Positions 1 through 12,075 of a stretch of DNA of 64,000 nucleotides are shown one piece after another. The stretch's first letter is position 1, and each line of letters starts with the position of its first letter. The DNA is from Phoronis australis (Eukaryota > Animalia > Phoronida): positions 892,852 to 956,851 of the forward strand of contig NMRA01000013.1 of the NCBI GenBank assembly GCA_002633005.1, written 5' to 3'. The notes below the pieces were generated by a model. The model was not told the origin of the DNA. It searched no databases and saw only the letters and a program-made list of their open reading frames with translations. The position numbers were made by a program, and so were the translations under genes.

Positions 1-283
1 TAATAGGTGCCTACATACTAAATTTCATGAAAATCCGTTCAGGACTTTTGAAGATACAAAGGTAAGCGTAAAAAACTAAAATTGCCACTAGGGGGCACAC
101 CGGTAGTCGGATCCGTCCGAAAGTTCGCACATGCCGTCCCATTCATGAATGATACATATGTGCCAAATTTCATGAACGTATGTCAAAGGGTTTTGAGATA
201 GAGCAGCGGACGCCGGACGCCACCTGGACGGACGGAGATGACGGCATAATGCGTTCACATATAAATATGTGGGCGCATAAAAA
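1..283 (-). mobile_element. Helentron/HINE (DINE-1/pearl-like) non-autonomous element, copy 1 (cut by window edge)
   Basis: Near-identical reverse complement of 26038-26340. It has the 5' T-run, the hairpin TGCGCCCACATA-TTTA-TATGTGAACGCA, a short (TCCG)n tract and the first tandem monomer. Confidence 0.75.
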
Positions 284-3218
284 GCGGAAATCCGCATTTC
301 CGCGAAAAATTCCAAGCCCTGAGCACTGGAAATACTTTTCAGCTTTTTGACATTATTTAACATGAACAGAGCATACAAAGTTGATTTAACATGTAGTCTG
401 GAATGATTGATAAATGCTTGCACCAAGACAGATTTCAGAAAGCAATGGAGACTGATCACGTGGAAACAATCACCCTTATCACTACCTAGCCATGCCAAGA
501 GATACAACTTCATAGTGAGTGGCATTGGAGAACATCTGATAGGGGTAGTTATTATTCACAGATGAGATATAGACAGACCTTTTAGGCAATTTGCAATGTT
601 GTTGATAGGCAATGTGTCACCCCCTCTAGTATGTCATAGGGACTACGCTACACCCGGTCTCTCAATATGTAAGTCCCATGTAGTATAACGGCAGTACGCT
701 AAATTTGGAGTGGGAAGTAAGAAACTTTCACTTCATTGAAAAAATTCAAAAACTTCAAATGACAATTATACAAGTATTTGCCGTCTTCAGCAACCTTATA
801 CATACTTTCTAATGAGCATGTTTTTGTGAATTTATACAGATTATGCAATGAATACAAACTCCACCTTTTATAATAATAAGTACAGCCATCGTGACACATG
901 CTGACATAGGTCCAATGATGTATAAAATTGGACCCAACAGTACCTCAAGTGTCCAACCAGAGCACTCTAAGTGAGGACTCGTTCATCTTATTAACAGTTG
1001 CTCGCACAGCAACCTTCCAGAAGTCTACTGCAAGGCTGGAGTTGGTGACCTGCAGGTCGCCAATGCAACCTCAGATTTCGTTTGGTGACCTGGTAAAAAT
1101 CCCAAATCACCACTCACACATCCGAATCCTCAAAATACTGTACACCGCAGATAGTAAACAGAAGCGAGTTGGAAGTAATACCCAATAACTGGAAGGGACG
1201 TTCTACCGAATGATGTCTTCATAATGTGCACAGACTACCAGTTGACAATTATCCAACATTTATATGAACCAGGACTTTCAAAGCACCCCTGCATTGTGTT
1301 TCCTTATTTTGACAAGCTCATTTCCCATTTGACAAATGGGGGAACTTTGTCCTTTACCAAGTCCCATTCGGTTGAGCATCAAGCCCTGGAACTGTGGAAC
1401 ATCAACGCCACAAAACTACACAAGTATAGAAATTCTGAACAGCTTGTCATGAAGTTCTCTTACCACATTTCTGAGTCACTTACACACACATCACTGTTCA
1501 ATGGTGCATGTCCTCACATCTCAAAAACTGACAGGTGCCCGTAAAATCCGAAAATCGGCCATTTTCAGATTTTGCAGCCAATTCAGAGCAATCCCAATGA
1601 ACATTTGGGTCAATTAATCAGATATCAAAATGAGATTTCGGGAAATAAAAGTTGAAAGGACTAGTATTCTTAGAATAAAATGTTCTAGTTCAGTTTGTTA
1701 TGCAAAGACTACAGGATAATATGAAAGAACTCACGAAATTTATCAGGTTTCTTTCCTTGGGCAAATTTTGTTGCGAGTGCCTCGTTTTCAATAATCATAG
1801 TCTTTAATCTTGTGTGATTAGCAAAAGGTCTTGGTTAGTTATAGAACAAATTCATCTTGTTACAGAATTCAAATTTTGAGAATTAATCTACCTTTAAGAG
1901 ATTAAAATAAATTATCTGACCTTTGGTAGATTACTGAACGCGCGTACTGGACTTTTTTGTCTCGGAGGATTTAGCAACAAGCCTGACACCTATTTGTTGC
2001 TACAGACACTAAATATGTTGCAGACCCTGCCAGAGAACGGTTCGTGCCGTGGCTAGTGAGGTCATCAGGCGAAAGCGGACCGTACAATCTAGTTTTATCG
2101 CCGTGCCTACCCAAGCAACAATCCTCAAAATATCAGAGTTGAGACATCTGGAAATTTCCGAGAAAATGTTGTTGGGAAATTGATTGGCAGAGAGCTTGAT
2201 GGATTCTCGTCAGTATCAAACCGCGGACTCTGATCTGATCTAGTGCCTTCTGCTAGTGGTCTCCGAGCTGGGGGCGCATAATGTATTTTCTGAACCGCCA
2301 CGTTCTCAGCACGGGTACGGACAAAAGCGAAGTTGGTGCTGGTCTGATAACTTTTTTAAATTTGATGCAGTGATGCAGTTTTTAGTTGCTTGTCATCAAT
2401 AATAAGTCACTGCGACCACTGAACTACGTAGGTGTGTGCGTCACTGAGCTCGGCAGTCGCCGGGAACCGCGTCTTCACTTTATTTCCGGTGCTGCTTCAT
2501 TTTACATAGTACTGAGCTATGCATTCCAATTTCAGTTATCTCAAGTTGCATTCTTAAGCTGCATTTCACCCTCTTTAGCTTCCAAAAAAACGAAAATCCG
2601 ACTGAGCTCATCCACTCTGATAAAATCTCAGGGCTTGCCTCATTGGCCCTGCCGAGAAAGTGGAGACTCAGAAACTTCTCAGCGCACTGGACATAGTAAC
2701 GCTCAACTCGGCCATTTCCAAAATTCGAAACTTCGAAAATGGCCGAATGCAAGCCCGATACACTGTTATTCCGGCCCTAGCTGTTACTTGAGTTGCATTT
2801 GCCAATAATTTAAGATTGGGTACTATGGCCGGTAACTGTCTTGATGTTTTAATTTTGGTTAAGGATTCAACACTGACAGCTAAATTGCAGCCGAAATTTA
2901 TTTTTTAAGTTCTGCGATCTAGTCTCAGCGGTAATTTTACCCTTTTTCATCTCACCTGTGTACATTGAATGGTTAGAAACAATATTTGATGAGTTTCCAT
3001 ATGGATGGCATCAGAAGTCAGTGAGAGTGTCGGAGTCGGCGTGCTAGTTTGACGTTTTGGGGACAAAATCAGATATGTTTTGTCTCAGTGTAATTCCTAG
3101 AAGAATGACCATTTCTTGACCTCACCGGCTGCTCCGCAGTGGAATGATGGCCGATAGTGGCCGCCGTCGGCAGAGGAGAATGCCACCCGATTTCAATTAG
3201 TCTTTTTTACCCTCTTAA

Positions 3219-4707
3219 AGGAGAATGCCACCCGATTTAATTAGTCTTTTTTGCCGTCTTAATCGGTCTATATCCACATCGCCTCGCATACGGTCGACCT
3301 TACCTTGCCAAGAGGTGTCGCGTTAACCTGTGANGCCGTGAAACATCTCCGTGTCTGTGGCCTGCAGACGACGTCGGACGTCGACAGTGCCTGATCGAAT
3401 GCCGGCCCTTACCAAATAACTCCATGCGTTCCGTTGTCTGAACTTGTTCACGGCGCCTCTAGTATTTCTTCATCACTGTATTCCTGTTCGAATTGATAGC
3501 CTGTAAAACTTAACGATCCACCTGCGAATTCGGGACTGATGAGCTCTAGCTCGTCCTAATCGGGATTGCGACGGTTGCCATATTGGCGTTTATTACTGAG
3601 CGTTCTGTTTCAAAATGAATTATTCTCACCCTAACCAATACTAATATAAAACTGAAACAAAGTCTGTCTCATTAGATGCAATTTATAATGCCTTTGGAGT
3701 CTTCGTGAGTGCAAATGATTTGAAAGGCCAGCAATGAATAAATCACTGCGTTACCGGCATTAGGTGCAATAAAACTAATTGACAGGACACCGAGGCCGTG
3801 TGAGCTCATGCTAATTTAGTGTTTGCTGGCAGAAACTGTTGTGAAACAACTCGATTTCCATCCTACGGCTAGGTGTTAGGGGAATCTTTATTTACATTTA
3901 CATTTCTCACTATGATTGTCAATGTACAACTTCTGCCCTGACGGTGCTGTGGCCAAAGCGGAACCTGAATTCGCGGCTCCCGACGAGTAAGTAGATTTCA
4001 ATTTCGTGGCTAATTCACCAACATAATCACGTGCCGTTACTTTGGCTCACTAGTATAGTATTTTATTGACTGGAGAACTTTGGCTAGTTTATGTTCGTGA
4101 TGTCTGATCAGTTTCCGAGCCATTCTGGCCGGGATAACGCCGTCAATCCGGGCGGCTGCGACGGGCCTGATCAGGCTCCGAGCCCGGCCGCACTGGCCAA
4201 TATAACAAGCGTTTTGTGTTTAGAACTCAAAAAAATCATAAGTTTGCACAACACAGATCTAGGCTCTCCTGTCTGTATCTTACGGAAAATACTTCGAATT
4301 TATGTCCGAACAGACCCCAAACTCCTCCTACGGATTGGCCTGCCCCCCGAACTTTGTAGGCTACGGTGTGTCCAAATACCCGGCAATAAATCCGTAAGTG
4401 CGAAATAACTTGAAACAACACGTTTTTATAAGAACTCGGTGTATTTTTAAGGGTTTTACATCGAAGTTTGATAATTTATTGGTGTTAAACGATGACTTCA
4501 AGCGATAAGCTGTCACCAGTAACCCTTCAATTGGTTCTAGTGTGAACTGCTGAAGAGACTGCGTGTGAAACCGATGATGTCATTGGATAATTTCAACACC
4601 TCCGTCTGCCGTCAGGTGTCAGGTAACGCAACCGTACGTGTCGTTATGGAATAGAACTACTCGATCTAAATTGATACAAATTAGGTTGTTTTTTGGGTGG
4701 CATGCTC
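3219..4707 (+). mobile_element. Kolobok-type element, inner copy nested in the outer copy (THAP region internally deleted)
   Basis: It starts TTAA|AGGAGAATGCCACCCGA at 3215-3219 and ends GGGTGGCATGCTC at ~4707. The segment 3420-4690 is homologous to 5400-6610. Confidence 0.75.
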
Positions 4708-4807
4708 GGTCTCCACATCACCCCGATCGATCTTACCTCGCCGAGAGGTGTCGCGTTAACATGTGAGGGTGAGAAACGACGCAGCGACGTCAGTGGTCCT
4801 TCAACTA

Positions 4808-5005
4808 TGGTGTCATGGTGTATCGTTCCCGCTTGTGCGAACTATGAAGCTGCGAGGAAAGCGGGTATATCGTTTTTTTCGATTTCCTCGAGAGCCTATA
4901 ATGCTTCGGAAGTGGCTCGCGATGGTGAAGAATGAAAAGTACGCGGCTAATTCCAAATATGAGGCCTTGAAACTTCTCCGTGTCTGTCAGTGGCCTGCAT
5001 TTCGA
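4808..5005 (+). pseudogene. THAP zinc-finger domain remnant (transposase N-terminus), frameshifted
   Basis: Joining the two overlapping ORFs gives MVSWCIVPACAN..AGISFFRFPREPIMLRKWLAMVKNEKY...LRVC(G)LHF. This is the C-x-V-P-x-C / F-x-F-P / W / C-x-x-H-F THAP signature. Confidence 0.8.
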
Positions 5006-6780
5006 TTTTTTTGTTGATCAGTTTTTCAGTGATTATCATATGGAAAGTTGTAGTTGGCCATGAAAACATAAACAATTTCAATTAATTCAAGGCGTGAGAA
5101 CATAACGTTTTATGTAAACTGTTTGATGACTGACTCGTTCTTTAGGCTTCTGTGTGGTCCTCCGGGTGTAGGATGTTTTCGCCACTTCTCAGTTTTTCTC
5201 AGCCCCGGCTAAAACGTCGTAAGCACACCTTTTTTGATGCGGTGCAAAACCAGGATGGTCCCGATGGGACACATCTGCGCTTCTTCAAGAATTCTCGTTT
5301 TACTTGCGGAATTTCGTGGCAGCAAACATAAGCGCCAGTCGTTCCATTATCGTGTAGTTAGCTAACTGACACCACGGCAAGTTCAAACGGTTTTCAGAAC
5401 TATTCATATATTCTGGCGTTGTCTGTGCACGGAGCCTCTCTACTATTTCTTGATCAGCGTATTCCTCTGAAACCTAACAATCGACCTGTGAAGTCTTCGT
5501 CGGATGGAGACCCGTGTAAGTCGGGATTGCGAGTTGCCACGTTGACGTTCATATTGTGTGTTCTGTTTCAAAATGAATTATTCTCACCCTGATTTCAATG
5601 CTTATATAAAACTGAAACAAAGTCTGTCTCATTAGATACAATTTGTAATGCCTTGGAGTGTTAGTGAGTGCAAATTTTTTGAGATTAAGCCAGCAATGAA
5701 TAAATCACTGCGTTACCGGCTTTAGATGCAATAAACCGGCTAATTCAGTGACCGGGCACCGAGGCCGTGTGAGCGCGTGCTAATTCAGTGTTTGCTGACA
5801 GAAAGCTGTTGTGAAAAAATAACTCAATTTTATATCCTATGGTGAGATGTTAGGGGAATCTTTATTTAGATATTCATATACATTATTGAAATCATTGTTA
5901 CTGCACAACTTTTGCCCCTGCTAACGGTTCTGTGGAAGGGTATACTCGCGACCCCCGACGAGCTAGTAAGTAGATTTGTAGTTTGCGGCTAATTCTCCAA
6001 AATAATCATCGTGCACATTTTTTCTTTGGCTCACTAGTATAGTAATTTCGTGACTGGAAGTTTAGTTTCCAACTTTGGCTGGTTTATGTTCGTGAAGTTC
6101 AGTTCGGCCGCGATGGGCCTTATCGGGTTCTAAGCCGCACTGGCCGGGATAGCACTGAGCCTGTGTCAGAATTGAAAAAATCGCAAGTCTAAAATTACAA
6201 CACGCAGCTATGTTCTCATGTCTGTATTTCACGGAAGAATAATTTGAATTTACTACCAAACACACCCCATACTCCCGCGACCGACCTTGCGCGGCCCGCT
6301 ACCGAACTTTGTAGGCTACGGTACGTTCAAATACCCAAAAATCCGTATCAGCGAAATAAAATAACACGTTTGTTTAATAACTCGACTCTATTTGGAAGGT
6401 TTCTACATCGAATTTTGATTTTTTATTGGTGTAAAACGATGAATTCAAGCGATAAGCTGACACCAGTAAGCGTGTTGTGAACTGCTGAACAGATTGCATT
6501 CGAACCTCTGACGTCATTGGTTAATTTCAAAATTTCCGTCTGCCGTCAGGTGTCAGGTAAAAGAGCTGTAGGCCTACTCGATCTGAGTTGGTACAAAACA
6601 GTTTTTTTCGGGTGGCATTCTCCTTTAACTCCACGTTTCAAAGTGAGTTTTAGGCTATGATACAGATGAATGGCAATAGTTTCACGAAAATCGTCTGTGA
6701 AAACACTTAACTCATCGTTTACAAACGATACACGCGTTCATTCTCAGTTTCATCGCAAGAAATAACTTCAAAAACACCAG

Positions 6781-7340
6781 AGCCCGGTTGCATAAAAGTT
6801 ATACGCCGTATAGTAACAATGACGTCGCATTATCACACGTTGAACAATGCACCTGACGTCATGCAACAATCAAATTTATCCAGCGGATAACTTTTGAAGC
6901 TTTATGCGACTCAGCCCAGGATAGGAAGCATACTTTGCCTGGACCAAACCCGGCCAGACACTGAGAGAACGCCAGGGTAGTTTGCCTATCTTCAGTTTTG
7001 GCACTGTCGCGGGTGTCATCTTCCCTTATGTCTCTGAAAACCACCCGAAGGCAGACACAAGTATGCGACTCTAGTCGGGAAAGCGGTCACTAAAGACCAG
7101 GTTCCTTGCAAGAAAAGCAAGATCTCGCAAGACCTCGGGAATGAAAGGCGACGGTGTTTCGCGAATATTACGTGTTCTAGAATTTAGCAGATCCCTTCTA
7201 GCAAAATGGCGGCCATTGAAGAGATTGATCGGTGAGTTTGAAGTGGTATATACTCCAAAATTTTTCATTAGTGACCATGTGTCTAAATGCTTCATGACTG
7301 ATCATTTGAAGCAGACCAAGACTGGAAATAGACCAGAACT
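6781..7340 (-). mobile_element. Possible PIF/Harbinger transposon fragment (decayed transposase)
   Basis: A terminal-like GCCCGGTTGCATAAAAG follows CAG. The minus-strand peptide ..SRTRNIRETPSPFIPEVLRDLAFLA.. resembles the HTH region of HARBI1-like transposases. The sequence is heavily degenerate. Confidence 0.3.
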
Positions 7341-7365
7341 TTAAGAACGCACACGTGCGCTGTCA

Positions 7366-7530
7366 CATGTGCGTACCCAAGGGGGGGGGGGGTTGGGGGG
7401 TTCGAAACGAGCCCTCCATATTTGGCGAAGTGGGTAATAAGGTCCGCCTCAGAGAAACAAAAAGTCCGAGAAAACGACGCACAGTTCACAAACCTGAAGT
7501 TGGTACCTCGCCTTTATGTTAGCAAAAGGT
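7366..7530 (+). mobile_element. One-ended/truncated copy of the CATGGGCGCACCC MITE family
   Basis: CATGTGCGTACCC-G-run and the next ~130 bp align with 11470-11610. No matching right TIR was found. Confidence 0.65.
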
Positions 7531-8992
7531 CCATTTCTATTCGTCAGAGATTCGAGCATGTGTCAAATTTTGAAATTCAGTTTTAATATACACACGACAT
7601 CTCAGTTGTGAAATATGAATTTTATGCCTCCAAAAAGAAGAACAGTTTGTGCGTTGGTGACAAGTGCGCATGTATTGTACTTTGGGCTGATGGCCATGTG
7701 ACTGTACAATAAATTATTTCATTGCGAACAGGAAGTCATTACCAATGTCTTCCTTATAATATAACGTATTTCCATTTAGGTTAGAAGTTCAAAATATGAT
7801 CTCCCATGGTGTAAAACTAGCACTTTAGTTATTTATTCTGATCCTTATGTTTGAATTACAAACTCGAGTAAAACCTCGATATTTCGACTAAAACTCGAAG
7901 CTTCGAGTTCAGACTCAAACTTTTCACATTAATTCTTGGGTCATCAAGTGCAATCTTGGATTAGACAGTTGTCAACGTACAAAGCATTGAATAGAGAGTT
8001 CGTGGAACTGTAGAATGGAAAACGCAAAAAATAATTTCGAAATCGATTTCAAGTAAAAAGGTTAAACCACAGGCTCTGCAACGATTTAAACTCTGAATTA
8101 CGGCGGTGTCTGTTCAAGAATTCGTTACAATTACGAAACAATGGTTCGCCACAGAGAATTATTTGTTGGCAAATAAAACTAAAGCATTTTCATTAAACTC
8201 TACAAAGGAAGAAATGATTATGCTACAAGAATGCGGCTTTTTAAAGTCCGCCTTTCTGTCTGAAAGTTTCGATTTGATTTGGCCATTTACCTTTACAAAA
8301 CTAGTCTCAAGTTGTTCCTTAATCAAAAGAATTGACACTTTACTATTTCTTCAGACTGAACCGGTTAAATTCCAGGTCACACTATTACCGACCCCAGGTA
8401 TCACGTCTAAACTCAGTAGGGAACAAGATAAGATAAATTTTATAACTGTAAGTTGCCCGAATTAAAACTTGTTTTTTTGATGAAAAGCACGGACTTAAAA
8501 TGCCGCTTTAGGTTGTGTAATCAAAACATTTCTGTTAGTTGACATAAAGAACAGGCTTAAAACGCAGCCTTTTAAACTTAAATGTTCGGTAATCAATACA
8601 TGCAAATTCCCTCCCAGACGGAGTCACCAGCCTCCACCAAATCCGTTGCCGTCACTGTTACCGTTGACTGGGAAACATTTCGAAACGTGGGTTATCGGAT
8701 TTATGAGTAAGGGATGCAACGACAGAAATGTAGCCCATGAGATATTAAAAGAATTAATGGTTATTGACTCGGCGTAGCTTTTGATGTCCGACACTACAAG
8801 ATGTGTTTTTTCGCTATCTTGCCTGTACGGCAACAGTGTGGAGATAACTCTGGCCACTAAGATATTAGAAGATAATAACACGCTTGTGTTGGCTAAATAA
8901 GTAAACGAACCTGAGTCACTTCATTCAGGGAAACCAATTGGGGAGTGGAAGTGGAACAAGTGAACAGCATCTGTTTTGAATTGAACAGCGAA

Positions 8993-9718
8993 ATGGCATC
9001 CGGAGTTCAACCATACAATTCATACAGGAATTGGCTACTCGATCAAGCGCCTATGGGATCTTCGTGGTTCGAAGCATTGAAAGCCGAGTTCTCCAAAACA
9101 TACTTCGAGGACATGCGTCGTTTTTTGGAAACGGAAATCGCAGAGGGGTTCACCATTTGCCCACCAGTCGATCAGATTTTTTCGTGGACCTTCATGTGCC
9201 ACATCAGTGATGTTAGAGTGGTCATAGTTGGTCAAGATCCCTACGTTGATCCAAGGCTGGCGCACGGGCTTGCTTTCTCGGTCCCATATGGATATAACGT
9301 GCCTCCAACTTTGCAAAACATTTACAAACTGCTAGAAAAAGATGTACCCGGGTTCCAGCATCCAGGCCATGGCAACCTTACTGCCTGGGCAACACAAGGG
9401 GTCTTGCTACTCAATGCGTGTCTGACTGTGAGTGTGAATGAGCAGAATAAACGACACCCACACCAGAACAAGGGCTGGGAGACGTTCACCGATGCTGTAA
9501 TCAAGTGGTTGGATGCAAACTTAATCGGTGTGGTTTTCTTACTGTGGGGCGAGAATGCTAAGAAGAAAAAGTGGTTAATTGATATGGAGAAGCATTGCGT
9601 GCTGATGACCTCTCATCCATCTCCGATGTCTGCTCGGCTGGGATTTGATAAATGCAACCACTTTTCGAAGGCCAATTCTTACTTAGGGGAGCGTGGAATT
9701 AATTGGATCTTGGAGTAG
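8993..9718 (+). CDS. UNG: Uracil-DNA glycosylase, family 1 (intronless, catalytic domain only, 241 aa from first ATG)
   Basis: Intact ORF with GQDPY, AHGLAFSV, PPTLQNIY, GVLLLN, GWETFTD, VFLLWG, HPSP and CNHFSKAN motifs. The ATG is in good Kozak context (GAAATGG), and a possible ATTAAA polyA signal lies at ~9852. The frame is open upstream to 8915. Confidence 0.93.
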   Translation: MASGVQPYNSYRNWLLDQAPMGSSWFEALKAEFSKTYFEDMRRFLETEIAEGFTICPPVDQIFSWTFMCHISDVRVVIVGQDPYVDPRLAHGLAFSVPYGYNVPPTLQNIYKLLEKDVPGFQHPGHGNLTAWATQGVLLLNACLTVSVNEQNKRHPHQNKGWETFTDAVIKWLDANLIGVVFLLWGENAKKKKWLIDMEKHCVLMTSHPSPMSARLGFDKCNHFSKANSYLGERGINWILE

Positions 9719-11089
9719 AAACAAGAAGAAACACTAAAACCAGAAACCAGCTACGCCATCACCAGCGACTCGTCTCACCATCCGCCAATGAGTTCTAGAA
9801 AAGGTACTGCTCAGAGGTCGTCCTGTACTTCGTCCTGTATACGATAAAATAATTAAAGATAACTATTAGTTAGTATTATATTTACGATGACATGATAGTC
9901 TGTTTACCAGTATATGCGCTCTTGGTGAACTGGCGCATTTCTCAAAATGATCGTGGGATAGCGCCGCCAGCAGAGAGAGGTAGGCCTAGATCTACGACCG
10001 TATGTAGAGATCATTTCATTGTTGTAGTATTCCAAGCACCCATGTGTTCCTTTCATCATAGATACGAGTAAGCATGCAACATCGACCCAAACTCGCATCG
10101 CCAGCCTTGGTGAGCACAATCTGGATTTGGGGGGACTTGTATCCCGCAATTCTGTGCTGTGGGAAGCGCACCTATCGATTTTCGCTTATCCTCAATTAAG
10201 GTCAACGTCTTCATGTTTTTAACAATCCATATATAGTAACGTACCGTTAAGTTAATTAAATATTCTTGAATTGAAAACACGAGAACGTTTTCTATCGAAC
10301 AAGTACTCACTGAGTCGACCTGCACATGTACGCCAAAGTTGGTCTTCAGTTTTGCATGCTACAACAGTATTGAGTGTCCCAAGAATGACAAAAATTGCAT
10401 TGAAACATAAATGTACGAAAATGGTTATACTGGGAACTATTGTTTTCTTGTAATTGTAGAATGTCAAAGTCTCTTTTGAAAGACACAAAAATTAGGAAAA
10501 CTGTCACAATTGACTTGTCTAGTGTGACGTCATTTTGACGTTTTGGACCCAAAATTAAAAAATGAATAATAATCACTAGGCCAGATTGAAGTAACGCTGT
10601 AATTTATTAAACACTTTGAAAATTATTACCTGGCTATGGACCTAGTCAATCTTAATCCTTTTCAACTCCACGCGAGCATATAATTGGTGCAACCGTTGTC
10701 GGACCAAACCGATTAAACCAAACCCACAATTTTTTGTAAAAATTTCAGATGCTAAAGTGCCTCCGTAGTTACAGCATTCGGAAAAAATCCAAGACTTATA
10801 TGTGTTTTGAAAATGTGATGTGAGAGTGCATATCTAACAATATTTTTGGGTCCAAATCGCGTCACAATAGTGACAGATACGTCATAACTAAACTTTCGAA
10901 AACCTCCCGACTCTTGCACAGCTGGCTCCTTCAACTGCTACGTTTTGTGTTCACAATGGACTAACTGCAGAACGCATAGAAACTGCTCTTTAAAGAGAGC
11001 AGAATTTAACAGTAGCACGTACTAATCGAATCTACAAGCCCGCTCTAGCAGCCGAATGCTTTGCCATTCAATGTAGTTTTAAATTCCAC

Positions 11090-11370
11090 ATACAAATCGT
11101 GCAGCTTGAGTTTTTATGCCAGGTCTGCATAACACAACCATTTTCCTTTGTATGATCTGAGATGAGGAAAATCTCCATGTTTCCAACATTGTGACAAATC
11201 TGAACAAATCCAATGTGTGAATGAAATATTTCTAACCTCCTAAATCTAAATCCACCTTTTGCGTCCAGATTCACCAAGCTCACCCATAGTATTACACACT
11301 GACTTGAAAAGTTTTTATCATCACTCATATCCAGTAGCTTTCATAAAAATTTGATTAGTTTTGTCTGGCA
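11090..11370 (-). pseudogene. Possible second decayed hAT transposase fragment
   Basis: Frameshifted minus-strand translation gives KSVCNT(R)WVS followed by LFRFVTMLETW..SQIIQ. This resembles the hAT CxTRW and F-x-F-x-x-L-x-x-W motifs. Confidence 0.35.
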
Positions 11371-11469
11371 GTGTACCTAAACAGGAAGTCACCCTAACTC
11401 ACCAAGGACTGCTGCGTTCTGCTCGCGATAGAACGGACATTCGGAATTATTTATTTGCACATAGGCCTA

Positions 11470-11755
11470 CATGGGCACACCCGGGGGGGAGGGGGCTCGC
11501 TGGGCTCGAATGATCCCCCCCCCCCCAATTTGGCGACTTGGGCAAAAAGGTCCGTCTCAGTGACGGAAACAAAAAGTCCGAGTAAACGAGACAAAAGTCC
11601 ACAAAATCCCACGGGAAGTCGGCGCGGATGCACAATTCGTGGGCCTGAACCTATAGCCCCCGTTTCTTTTTAGTCCTCGTTTCTTTCTTTCAGTAAAAGG
11701 TCCGCATATCGAAAAATTCTAGTCCCCTCTATATTTTTGGCTGGGTGCGCGCGTG
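11470..11755 (+). mobile_element. ~285-bp MITE (hAT-like, CATGGGCGCACCC termini)
   Basis: Imperfect TIRs CATGGGCACACCC / GGGTGCGCGCGTG. A full-length inverted homolog lies at 17582-17856. Confidence 0.8.
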
Positions 11756-11774
11756 ACATATTCACATTTTTTTT

Positions 11775-12075
11775 TGGGCCAAACACCCAAATTGATGAAT
11801 CTTAAGTAAGGTAATATCATTTTATCAAATGAATTCATGGCTGATAGGCCTTTGCTCTTCACTGAAGCTGACTTTATTAACGGCACTGACTTCAGTACCT
11901 GTGATCCTTTTAAGTTTCTTGAGCGAGAGTTCAAATTAATTTTGGCGTAAACATAAGTACCAAGTATTTAAAACAGTTAACGATTTCCAGCTTAATAGCA
12001 ACAAAATGCCGTTTTTGTAGTTTCTTAGCTTGCTTCTATTGCGAAAAACGTTACCTTTGCTTTTAGAGGTTTGCT
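11775..12075 (-). mobile_element. Non-LTR retrotransposon (LINE) reverse-transcriptase C-terminal fragment
   Basis: Minus strand with frameshifts reads SKSKGNVFRNRSKLRNY..KLEIVNCFKYL..FTPKL..AQ...FDKMILPYL. This matches the K-T-K..VF / LEVV..FKYLG / FD..I.P.L pattern of LINE RTs. Confidence 0.7.

Larger units (their letters stand above)
3174..6624 (+). mobile_element. Kolobok-type DNA transposon (non-autonomous, THAP remnant), outer copy
   Basis: TIR AGGAGAATGCCACCCGA at 3174 matches TCGGGTGGCATTCTCCT ending at 6624, which is followed by TTAA (6625-6628). RR..YY termini, a TTAA target and a THAP domain together are Kolobok hallmarks. The left TTAA is not preserved. Confidence 0.75.

Noticed and set aside
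3531-3560. Hammerhead ribozyme core CTGATGAG
   Set aside because: There is no following GAAA or stem III, and it is not conserved in the sister copies.
9035-9504. Antisense ORFs overlapping UNG
   Set aside because: They are shadow ORFs with no recognisable motifs.
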